From positions 1-21,048 of the forward strand of contig NW_021823824.1 in the NCBI RefSeq assembly GCF_006345805.1: a DNA stretch of 21,048 nt. The letters are read 5' to 3'. The translations under genes were made by a program, and so were the position numbers. The stretch comes from Octopus sinensis. Its lineage: Eukaryota. This document shows positions 10,400-21,041 of the stretch, piece after piece (position 1 is the first letter of the stretch; each line of letters opens with the position of its first letter). The notes beneath the pieces are model-generated. The model searched no databases, had not been told where the DNA came from, and saw nothing but the letters and a program-made list of their open reading frames with translations.

Positions 10400-12306
10400 A
10401 TATGGAAAGGGCTCGAAGGAATAGCCATACCGCGTCGTCCATCGAGTGGGATAAAAGCCGTTGCGTCTGGATCTTGAGTGGAGGAGTCCATTCGGGAAAT
10501 ATATTGCAGTCTCCACTCATCTTAATCTAGGATGCATGGGAAGGGAGTACAAAATATGCGTGTTCCAGGACCCCGAAGCAGGTCCAGAGGGGATCAACCG
10601 TTCATAATTAAGAATTAGACTGTCAAAACCGGACGAGACAAAGCGCTATATCGGTGTCTCCTCAAGAAAGCTTCGTTACTTCCGAGGCATACACTTGGAA
10701 GTAGGTTGGAAACTCCACCGTGCAGGTGTGCCACCAACTATGTCAGCACAGGCGGAAGTGGGATGCTCACAATCCCTAGCTTTCGGATTGGATTATGGAG
10801 TGAATCCCACTAGGTATTAAGGGATGCCTCCTGAAGCTCAAGCAGAATGAATGAGTGGTGTAGCTGCTGGAAGTAAATGCATCCAATAGCGAGTTCAAAT
10901 ACAAATGCTTCCTTAACAAATTCACTGCAGCTTTGGATATATTTGGGGTAAAGTCATTTGTCTTACAAGGAGACTTCCGTGCACACTTTGGCGCTGATAA
11001 CCGCAAGAAGTATTCATTGGGTGGAATGGCGTCACACACCTTAATGTGGTGGCCATACTAGTCTTCTGAACTCTCTATGATATAGATATCGTTTTAAGAC
11101 ATGGTTGTTTATAAGGGTACTTGAATAGAAATGCTTAGTGACAGAAATTCTTGATAGATGTTGTTATCGTCTCAGTCATCTTTGAGTCTGTGCTGGACGT
11201 TCGGGCTATAAGTAGTGGGGAGTTGTCAACTGACCACTACCAAGATGTCTGAAACCGGAAGATGCCTACAGTTGGGAGAACCCAGTAAATTGGTAAGTCC
11301 AGTGCGACCTACAGAATAAAGTTGAAAGCAGTAGTGGATGATGGAATAAGAAACAAAATTGTGGATAATATTGCATCCAAATTGAGAGAGACCCACATGA
11401 ATAAACTTGGGCATCGAAATCGATTAGTGATTGTATTATTTTTGTCGAACTAAAGTCACTGAAAAGTGATAAAGCTGCTGGAGAGAAATACGTTCGTCTT
11501 GATAATTTAAAACCCTTAAATACTCAGGGTATTCCTTGAGTGACCCATGTATGCTAGGTGGAATGGGTCTCAGGGAAAACACGAGGGCAATGTCAATCCG
11601 GGGTAATAATCACAGATTTTTTCAAGACAAAGTCTACACTACATGTCTAGAAAAGATACGTAGGTAAATGGTCGCGTCCAAGACTACTGTCCTGGACGCA
11701 GTACACCCGACCAGATATTAGTTCAAAGCAGATCTTCGAGAAAACGTTGAAATATTTCCAAGGGGAATACGCTGTAGACCACGTGCCGTGGGGCATGTTG
11801 CGGATGGTTTACCAGGAAGGTGAGATTATTCAGCAAATTATTGTTCCTGTAAAATACTTGTACGGATGTCCAAATGTTTGAATTTGTGCAAAAGCCGAAT
11901 GTTTTCAACATGGAGTTTAGACTTCACTAGAAGAGTCTATTGTTAGTGCTTCTCACATTACTTATGATCTGGTTGAGCATGGCTCAGCCATTGTGCGAGC
12001 AGTATCTGTATTCGTCTGTAAGGGGTCGGTTGACCGCTATTTTCAGACGACATGCTGCTATCTGACTCATGTCATGTTCACTTTCGACACGCATTCAATG
12101 GGTTGGCTGCCGAGTGCTCCAAGGCAGGGATGACTAACACACACTCTGCAGGAAAGTGGAACATCGTTACTTCGAGAATCTATTCACGAGTGATTGGAAG
12201 CACAAGACTGAACAGATTGCTAAATTCTAGATTTAAACGCATTGATGCGCTAGGTCGGGCATTCGATTCTCAGACGAACAATAGTTGGTACACGTATCGA
12301 CGTAGC

Positions 12307-12310
<4 letters not shown>
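10400..12310 (+). mobile_element. Decayed RTE-clade LINE (APE endonuclease + RT), copy 1, 3'-truncated, antisense within an intron
   Basis: Remnants IGVSSRK...GWKL...MSAQAEVGML, LQGDFRAHFG (cf. GDFNAHVG), VLDVRA...ELSTDHY, KAAG, GRSTPDQI...QIFEK, and FSDDMLL (12041-12061; YADD-type motif). The 5' boundary is approximate. Confidence 0.85.

Positions 12311-12395
<85 letters not shown>
12311..12395. repeat. Pure (CA)n microsatellite, about 42 units
   Basis: Directly visible. Confidence 0.97.
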
Positions 12396-12397
<2 letters not shown>

Positions 12398-12699
12398 ATA
12401 TACACACAATTAATGTCATAGTATAACAGAGTAACATTTTATTAAGGAAATTATTGTAAAGTAAAATGTATTTTAAAAGAAATTTTGACTAGTGTCTTAG
12501 TATATATTACTGAAGAAATATGGATAGTGATGTAGATTCAATTCAACTTTGGTGAAATTATAAATCGTTAAGGAGACAAGGGTGAATGTCTTCGGCTAAA
12601 CACTGTAGAACTGGAAGCTGGATACTTTATAATATTTAATCTCATTCCTGAACATTTCTTCAAAGTTATTGTCTTATACAATATAAAATTAGTTCTTAC

Positions 12700-12751
12700 T
12701 TGGGGTGTCATCAGGTTTATCGTCGCGAGATTTCTTGGAGATGACACGGTT
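12700..12751 (-). CDS. 52-nt exon ('exon B') of the short-chain collagen C4-like gene
   Basis: CTCTCTCTTTTTCCACAG| ... |GTAAGA. Read phase 0 to phase 1 it gives NRVISKKSRDDKPDDTP and joins exon C in frame (...TP-K-SGPG...). Confidence 0.7.
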
Positions 12752-13489
12752 CTGTGGAAAAAGAGAGAGTATTTATTATCGTTTAGATCTGAAAAAAAAT
12801 GCAATAGATGACAACATTTTCGGACAGCATTTTATGAAGATGTGGGTGACGTCGACATTGTCCATTCTACCAAATCTTTTATATCGTGGTACATCTTGGA
12901 GGTTTGCTGGAACTGCATGCCTTTCTGTGAATCTGGTATTTCATTATTTCATGTTTGTATATGGCAAAGCATACACATTACATAAACAGCTAATATCCCT
13001 GTTCATTGTCAAGAGTAGACTAATTTTGCTATCTAAAATCGCTGGTAGTTTGAAGATTACTAGAAACGTAGACTTGTGCATTCTGCTGACGTACAAGAAA
13101 ACCCGACGCCAACCTTTCATGTACGGCGTCCTAATCCGCTGTAGGACTTTTCCACTGCGTCCTTAGGAGAAACTGTCAAGGCAATATGAAGCAATATTTA
13201 AAAGTAGTTTGAATTGATGCAAAAGCTCTATTGCCTTGATATTGTTTAGTATAGTTATCCATCATGATCACTGAAGAGTCGGGCATTTCTAGCACTGGAG
13301 AATAATATTCCGGATTGAATCTCGAAGGTCAATATATCATTTGAGGTTCAATGGAATATCACAAAAGTTTGCAAGAAAAATGTTTGGGAACATATATAGT
13401 AGGTTACAAATTGACTGCATACGAAAGGGATGAGGATTAGATATTTTGTACACGGGTGCTATATAAACTGGTTATTCACTCCTTAAATA

Positions 13490-13609
13490 TAGTGTGTATA
13501 TGTAGATGTATATATGTAAGTGTATAAAAATTTATATATATATATACGTGTGTGTGTGTTGATATATATATATATATATGTTTATACATATATATAACAT
13601 ATGTTTGTT

Positions 13610-13642
<33 letters not shown>

Positions 13643-13693
13643 GTATATATATATATGTATACATATATACATATATATATCTATATGTATTTA
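13490..13693. repeat. Compound (TA)/(TG)/(TATG) microsatellite
   Basis: Directly visible. Confidence 0.9.
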
Positions 13694-13695
13694 TA

Positions 13696-14262
13696 TTGGG
13701 TTGCCTGGAAAGCTCGTGCCGATTTTTAAAGGAAAATAAAGGGTCAATAAATACTTGCCATTGCATTTTTAAACAACCAAATATGAACCATTTTGTTGCA
13801 CTATGCTTCTCCATCTTTCCTTTAACTTGAAAATACCCTCTTTCCAGAATTGAGGTGGTTTCATGGCAAAGAATTCATCGAGGTATCTTTTTACGTCATT
13901 CAAGGAATTAAAATTTTTACCATTAAGACTATTCTGCAGAGGCCTGAATAAGTGGAAATCCGAAGGTGCAATATCTGGTGAATATGGAGGGATGGAGTAA
14001 CACATGCCAGCCGAGCTGCAGCAATTTTTGTCTGGTTCCCAAAGCATCAAGTGCCGAAAATGAACTTTCTTATCTTGCATTTTAAAGTGTTACAAAATCA
14101 ACACAGGTTATAGGAACATAAACCTTCTTACACGAAAAGATAGCTTAAACTGCGCTCTAAATGGAGGTGTAGTTAAATTCTATTTTATGAACTCAACCAT
14201 GTTCTAAAATAAGTCGAAATTAAAGCTACCATATATCGGCAATAAATTTCCGGACAACCCAA
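13696..14262 (-). mobile_element. Internally deleted mariner (DD34D-type) element, 567 bp, with TIRs and TA target duplication
   Basis: 28-bp TIRs at 13696-13723 and 14235-14262 (22/28 identical by hand), flanked by TA at 13694-95 and 14263-64. N-terminus MQDKKVHFRHLMLWE is joined to C-terminal RQKLLQLGWHVL.HP and PYSPDIAPSDFHLFRPLQNSL...KERW. Confidence 0.95.
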
Positions 14263-14279
14263 TAGGTTGACGGGTATTT

Positions 14280-14307
14280 CTATATCTGTCTATCTATCTA
14301 TCTATCA

Positions 14308-14363
<56 letters not shown>

Positions 14364-14384
14364 CTCTATCTATATATATATATA

Positions 14385-14427
<43 letters not shown>

Positions 14428-14428
14428 A

Positions 14429-14488
<60 letters not shown>

Positions 14489-14534
14489 AGTCTGTCTGTC
14501 TGTCTACCTGTCTGCCTGTCTGTCTATCTGTCTG

Positions 14535-14580
<46 letters not shown>

Positions 14581-14660
14581 CATCTATCTATCTATCTTTC
14601 TGTCTGTCTGTCTGTCTGTCTGTTTATCTACCTACCTACCTATCTGTCTGTCTGTCAGTC
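14280..14660. repeat. (TATC)n/(TGTC)n tetranucleotide array
   Basis: Directly visible. Confidence 0.95.
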
Positions 14661-14783
14661 TCTCTTTCTATCCACAAATCTACCAATCCATACTCACACA
14701 TATTTACACACACGCACACATACATACCTAAATAAATACATGCGTACAGACATACATATGTTAACACAAAATCCATGACTTAC

Positions 14784-14793
14784 CGTTTTTGAT
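14784..14793 (-). pseudogene. 10-nt remnant of exon A with an intact GTAAGT donor, truncated by RTE copy 2
   Basis: 14748-14793 is identical to 28-73; identity stops exactly where RTE homology begins (14794). Confidence 0.5.
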
Positions 14794-16646
14794 GGAGCAC
14801 AATATTGACGGTCTCAGGACAACAAAGCAGATCAAGAAGGGAACCTTTAATATTGAGAATTAAAACGTCAAAATTGTTAGATATAATCTGCCTGTAAGAT
14901 ATAATCAGTGTCTCCTCTACAAAATTTCGTTTCTCCTAGCGGCACCCTGGATATAGGCTTGAAACTCCACTACGCAACTGTGGTGCCAACAATGTCTGCA
15001 CAGGTGGGATAAGAATACCCTAAATCCCCAGCTTTCGGATTGTATTATGGAGTGAAACCTCCTAGGTGTGTGGTTCACCTCTTGAAGCTAAGGCTGAATA
15101 TGAAGGACCACTGTGCTGCTGTAAGTATATGCAGTAACAGCGAGGTCAAATACAATTCCTCCTAAGCAAATTCACCTCAGCTTAGATATATTTGGGCAAA
15201 GTCATTTGTCCTGCAAGGAGACTTCAGTGCACACCTTGGCACTGATAACCGTGAGAAGGATTGATTGGAAGGAATGTCGTCAGTGAACTTAATGGAGAGA
15301 TCATAGCAGCCTTCTCTGCAGGATACACACTCTCCTCTCTATGGTATATATATTATTTGAAGACAGGGATATTTATAAGGGTACCTGGAATAGAAATACT
15401 TGGTGACAGAGGTTTTTGATAGATTTCGGTCATCTTTCACTCTTTGCTGAACGTTCGGGTAAAAGGAAGTGGTGGAGTTGTCAACTCGCACTACCTACAT
15501 ATTTGAAAACCTGAAAATTTCTACAGTCTGCCGAACACTGGAAATTGGTAAGTCCAGTGCGACATACAGAATTCAGTTGGAAGCCGCAGTGGATGCTGGG
15601 ATCAGAAACGAAAATGTGGAGACTTTTGCATCCAAATTGAGAGTGACCCGCCTGAATGAAGTTGGATATCGAAATGGATTCGTGGTTGTATTATTATTTT
15701 CGGCAGGTTCTTCTTCGTTTGAAGGCTTATTTGAGCTAAATTCACTTAAAATTGATAAAGCTGCTGGTGAAAAGCACGTTCGGCTTGATATTTTAGAAAC
15801 CTTAAATACAGATGGTATTCTCTGAGTGACACATGTATGCTAGGTAGATGGGATCTCTGGAAAAAACACCAAGGCAATGGTAATATGGGGAGACAATCAC
15901 AATTCTTCAAACGGAGACCAAAGAGTGGGTTCTAATTATAGAAAAGTCTACACTAGATGTCAGGAAATGATACGTAGGGAAATTGTCGCGCCCAAGATTA
16001 CTGTCCGGGACGCAGTACACCCGCCCAGATAGTCATTCAAAACAGATCTTCCAGCAAACATTGAAATATTTCCAAGGTTTATACGCTGTAAACCACGGAA
16101 AGGCACACGATCACATGCCCTGGGGCAAGTTGCGGATGGTTTACCAAGAAGGTGAGTTTAATGGGCAAATACTGGTTGCCATAAAGTACTTATATGGATG
16201 TTCAAATGTTTGTATTTATGTAAAAGTCGAAAGTTTACAACGTGAAGGTTTCACTTAGTTGAAGTGTGCATTGTTAGTGTCCCTTCTCACATTCTTTTTT
16301 GTGATCTGGTTGAATATGCGCAGCCATTGTGGTAGAGGTATCCCAATTAATCTCTACGTGATCGGTCGGTTGTTATTTGTAGACGACATGCTGCTACCTC
16401 ATTCGTCTGATGGTCACTAACAACGTGCACTGAATTGGTTGGCTGCCGAGTACCCCAAGGCATGACTGACAAATACGCACTCTGTAGGAAAGTGGAACAT
16501 CATTATTTCGGGTCTCTATTCACGAATGATTGGAAGCACAAGAGTGGACAGAATGCTGCATTGTAGATATAAACGCAGTGAAGCGCCAGCTCGGGCATTT
16601 GATTCTCAGATGAAGAGGTCTTGGTACAATTATCGACGTAGCACTG
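14794..16646 (+). mobile_element. Decayed RTE-clade LINE, copy 2 (duplicate of about 10540-12310)
   Basis: Colinear with copy 1, including LQGDFSAHLG, KAAGEK, GRSTPAQI and DDMLL remnants, with the same 3' truncation point (...CGACGTAGCACTGCA). Confidence 0.85.
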
Positions 16647-16875
16647 CATATGTACTCATATACACACAATAAATGGCATAGTATATTAGAGTAACATTTT
16701 ATTTAGGAAATTATTGTAAAGTAGAATATATTAAATAAATTCAGGTAAGTGTCTTAGTATATATTATTGTGGACATATGGATAGTATTGTGGAACTAATT
16801 CAAAGTTGGTGAAATTATAAATCATTGGTTAAGGAAACACGGGTAAAAGACTTTAGACATAAAATTAGTTCTTAC

Positions 16876-16927
16876 TTGGCGTGTCATCAGGTTTATCGTC
16901 GAGAGATTTCTTGGAGATGAAACGGTT
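16876..16927 (-). CDS. Duplicate 52-nt exon (exon B')
   Basis: CTATTTCTATTTTTTCCCAG| ... |GTAAGA. Encodes NRFISKKSLDDKPDDTP and is 49/52 identical to 12700-12751. Confidence 0.55.
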
Positions 16928-17024
16928 CTGGGAAAAAATAGAAATAGCATCATATAAATAGAACTTCAGGGTATTTATTATCGTTTAGAACTTAAAACAA
17001 TGCAATAGATGACAACATATCCGG

Positions 17025-17330
17025 ACAGGAATCTTTGCCAACAATACCATCTCAACGCCTTAGGAATCTTCAAGAAGGCGCTTCAATCCAGTCAAACGAT
17101 TTTCTGGACAATATCTGACAATACAACTCTGCATTTCAAATGACAACGTTTGGTGAATCTAAGAAGATAGATAAACATGAATTTACGCCGAAGTCAAAGT
17201 TCATGGGCAATTCTATCCCCTCATTGGTTCTCTGGTACCCGCGAATGAACAACCACAATTCCTCCGAATTTACTCTCTAAGTGATGTAGGACAACAAACC
17301 TGACATGAGGTGTCAAAATTTCCGATGATG
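17025..17330 (+). mobile_element. Helitron RepHel N-terminal region fragment (decayed)
   Basis: Hand translation from 17047 gives PSQRLRNLQEGASIQSNDFLDNI*QYNSAFQMTTFG, then after a frameshift KVHGQFYPLIGSLVPANEQPQFLRIY. These match the Helitron motifs YNS.FQMTSFG and KVQGQVYH.IGSL.P...PQFLQIY. Confidence 0.8.
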
Positions 17331-17627
17331 GGTCGTGTTAGACACAGCGCACACTGCTGCAAATGAGAGTATATCCACTGACAGCTTTTCGGTGCGTTCA
17401 AAAATCACAGAAAACCCAGCTCCAATTTTGCATGACAGCTTAGGGCCTGAAACACTCCAAACGGACGCATAGCATGTTGCTTAGTCGAATTAGCCCAGCA
17501 TTTACTCTACAAATGTTTTGTTGTCAATGTTGCACTTTCCCATATCACCTGTTTCAAAATGACTGCAATACATTATATACCAACTTTGCCATTTTAATCC
17601 CCAGCAATACCGGGTATGTCTGCTAGT

Positions 17628-17786
17628 ACACACACACACACACACATACACATACACACACACATACACACACACAACACACACATACACACACACATAC
17701 ACACATACACACACACACACACATATATCCACACACAAATATATCTACATATATATATACACACACACATACACATGTATATATAT
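17628..17786. repeat. Compound (CA)/(TA) microsatellite
   Basis: Directly visible. Confidence 0.9.
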
Positions 17787-18089
17787 CTCCGTGATCACCG
17801 TGACTGACCAGACTATCAGTTGTTGCTACACACCGCTGGTCACAATGCGCTTCACCTTGATTTAGCCTTTAAATGACGCCACCCCGCTGGCTAAGCGAGC
17901 AGGCCAACAGAAGAAAGGGAGAAAGTTGTGGCGAAAGAGTACAGCCGGGTTTACCACCACCCCCTGCCGGAGGCTCGTGGAGCTTTAGGTGTCTTCGCTC
18001 AATAAACACTCACAACGCCCAGTCTGGGAATCGAAACCGTGATCCTACAACCGTGAGTCCGCTGCCCAAACCACAGGGCCACTGCGCCT

Positions 18090-18091
<2 letters not shown>
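17787..18091 (-). mobile_element. Second tRNA-derived SINE family
   Basis: Minus-strand head GGAGGCGCAGTGGCCCTGTGG (A-box-like) and GGTTTCGATTCCC (B-box-like); body unrelated to family 1; flanked by microsatellites. Confidence 0.75.
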
Positions 18092-18162
<71 letters not shown>

Positions 18163-18410
18163 CATATATAAATACATATCGATATATACGCATGCACGTA
18201 TACTGAAGCATACACACCCATAATATCACAAATATACGTATCTACTTATACGCATACACACACACAAACGCACACATATATGTGAGTGGACATACACTGT
18301 ATAGTGCGATTGTTCGTGTACAATTGAGCACATGTCTGTATGCGTGCGTATGTGTGTGTGTTTTGTGTTTATTGTGCGTGTGTTTGCCCGTGTGTCTGTG
18401 TGTATGTATT
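18092..18410. repeat. Compound (CA)/(TA)/(TG) low-complexity tract
   Basis: Directly visible. Confidence 0.85.
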
Positions 18411-18790
18411 TACATTCGTTCTTTACATACATATGTCATATATAAACCAACGTTAATTACAGTCAAACATTACGAAATTCACCGATCTACATTGGCACTC
18501 GCACGTTTTTTTAAGTTGGAAAGAAAAGATTCAAAAAAACTCGCCTCACTTCCGTTCCTGATGGAGAGAAATCGATAAATGGGTGTGTAAATATGTACGT
18601 ATTCCTGTGTGCGTGTGTGTTAGTTTGCATGTGTCTGTTCCTGTTCCTGTGTGTAACTGTACATCTAGATATAATACTTATCGCTAATATTAATAGGGCT
18701 AAACGTTGCAGCGACAGGGCATGGCCATGCTAGAAACCCACCATTAGATTTTTTTCATTACGCACTTATTTCGGTAAAATTACAGAGTAA

Positions 18791-19165
18791 CACCCGCGCG
18801 ATTTTCACTAAAAAAAAACAAAAACTCGGATTTTTTGTGTGGAATGAAGTACCCTGACTTCCTAATATGCTGTAAATCCCATATTCTGGTTCGGAAGGGA
18901 GGGCATCCCCCCCCCACCCTCCACCCGGAATTTTCACTAAAGAAAAATATTTTTGTTAAAATTCGGATTTGCTGCGTGGAATCAAGTACTCTGACCTCCT
19001 TACCCTAATATGCTACAAATCCCTTATTTTGGTTCGGAAAAAGGGGTGGCGAATTGGATCTTTTTTTTTTTTCGTTCAATGAATTCCTGTGACATGCTAA
19101 AATAACCCATCCCAACAAGGTAGAAAACCCTTGTTGCGGTTCGAAAAATGGAGTGGGGTGAGGTG
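18791..19165. repeat. Diverged ~130-bp tandem repeat, about 3 units
   Basis: CACCCG...ATTTTCACTAAA recurs at 18791 and 18922. GAAGTACCCTGAC/CAAGTACTCTGAC, CTAATATGCT and GGTTCGGAA/GGTTCGAAA recur in successive units. Confidence 0.8.
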
Positions 19166-19577
19166 AAAGCCTCGGAAGTTTCACCGACTCCCAACATTTT
19201 ACAGAAATAAATTTCCTGGGTGTTAATTACATGGTTCGTTATTAAATATATATAGACATTGTGTACATATATTAGAGAGAGAAACTCACCCCATTAAATA
19301 AGGGAAAAGAAATATAAAGCGATTATCTCCCTTATACCAGAAGAAATTGCTTATTACCTCCCCCTACCTGGAATTCTTCTTTGCACTGCATAACGAAGAC
19401 ATAATGCGATGTAGGTAAAGACATTTGAGAAATTTGAAAAGTTAGCACGAACCGGTAATTTCTTCAAAAACTATGTTACGTATAAAACATTTTATAACAT
19501 TCTTCTAACATAACGACTTAAATGTATTCTTTGACTTATAAAACAAGCCTTCTGTAGTTTTTTCACTATTTTCTATT

Positions 19578-19738
<161 letters not shown>

Positions 19739-19895
19739 GCAGGAGTGGCTGTGTGGTAAGTAGCTTGTTTACCAACCACATGGTTCCGGGTTCAGTCCCA
19801 CTGCGTAGCACTTGGGCAAGTGTCTTCTACTGTAGCCTCGGGCCGACCAAAGCCTTGTGAGTGGATTTGGTAGACGGAAATGAAAGAAGCCCGTC

Positions 19896-19958
<63 letters not shown>

Positions 19959-20170
19959 TGTATGTTTGTGTTTGTCCCCCTAGCATTGCTTGACAACCGA
20001 TGCTGATGTGTTTATGTCCCCCTCACCTAGCGGTTCGACAAAAGAGACCGATAGAATAAGTACTGGGCTTACAAAGAATAAGTCCCGGGGTCGAATTGCT
20101 CGATTAAAGGCGGTGCTCCAGCATGGCCGCGGTCAAATGACTGAAACAAGTAAAAGAGTATAAAAGAGTA
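19739..20170 (+). mobile_element. tRNA-derived SINE family 1, full-length copy with internal (TA)n
   Basis: A-box-like 19746-19756 and B-box-like 19789-19798; AAAAGAGTA tail repeats; aligns with 592-1027. Confidence 0.92.
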
Positions 20171-20762
20171 ATATGTATTTGGAAGGACTTCACTACCTCA
20201 TATGTTCTTAAAATTTAAATCCACATCTTTGTCTGTATATCTACCGTCTCTATAATGTTGCCACTTGATTTGAAAACTTTTGTATTAATGGAAAACCTCT
20301 ATAATTGGCTGATGATTACGCAGCATCTTAAATCTATTGTAATACTTACAACATTTAATAAAATAGTCGTCAATAGGTTTTTTCCGAAATTTGTCTTTTT
20401 CACCTGTTAACTACTGGAAAATTGGATCTCCCTGTCTGTTGCTTAGGCTTTATCCGGTCTGTAAGATTTGTTTCATCCCCTAGTTCGGAGGCGAAAACCC
20501 GTCTTCATTAACATTTTTTAATGTTAAGACTTTAATCTCGAGTTTTGAGCCTTTCCTCACGTCCGCCACGTAGAAAGATTAAAATTTCTTTTGTCTTTGT
20601 GCACAATCTGTCGAACTGTCCAAAGGGCTTTGGCTTCGTAGATGAGAAATTTTACTCAACTCTACGCCCAAAATGTACATTTTTGTTGTAATATAGACAT
20701 ATATGTATACATATATAATAATATTTTATTAAATAGTAGTAAAAATGTCACCTAAACTGTTA

Positions 20763-20863
20763 CTCAGAGTTTTCCGTTCCCGTTCGTCGGAGGATTTGTT
20801 TAGAATTGACTCTAATTGATTCTAAACAAAACTGTCCGTCGAACGGAAACGTGAAACTCTGAG
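20763..20863. repeat. Imperfect inverted repeat: ~44-bp arms, 12-nt spacer
   Basis: CTCAGAGTTTTCCGTTCCCGTTCG...TTTGTTTAGAAT (20763-20806) is complementary to ATTCTAAACAAA...CGAACGGAAACGTGAAACTCTGAG (20819-20863). Confidence 0.85.
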
Positions 20864-20977
20864 GAACGATTTTTTTTGTGATATTTTTGCTGCTTTTTAA
20901 TGCAGCATATTTCTCTACCTCTGGTATCGAGTACTATTCTTTCCACCTTGTTCCGCATTTCTGTACTTACTCTGGAT

Positions 20978-21002
20978 ACATATATATATATATATATATA
21001 TA

Positions 21003-21041
<39 letters not shown>

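Noticed and set aside
10645-10700. YIGVSSRKLR as a GIY-YIG endonuclease motif
   Set aside because: The context (GWKL...MSAQAEVG...GDFRAH) shows it is the RTE APE endonuclease N-terminus.
12830-13470. ORF 12705-13166 and adjacent non-repetitive sequence
   Set aside because: No recognisable domain; the ORF overlaps exon B antisense and intronic DNA.
20857-20884. CTGAGGA...GATA as a hammerhead ribozyme core (also CTGATGA at ~102 and ~20323)
   Set aside because: The required GAAA and the stems I-III are not present in the correct arrangement.
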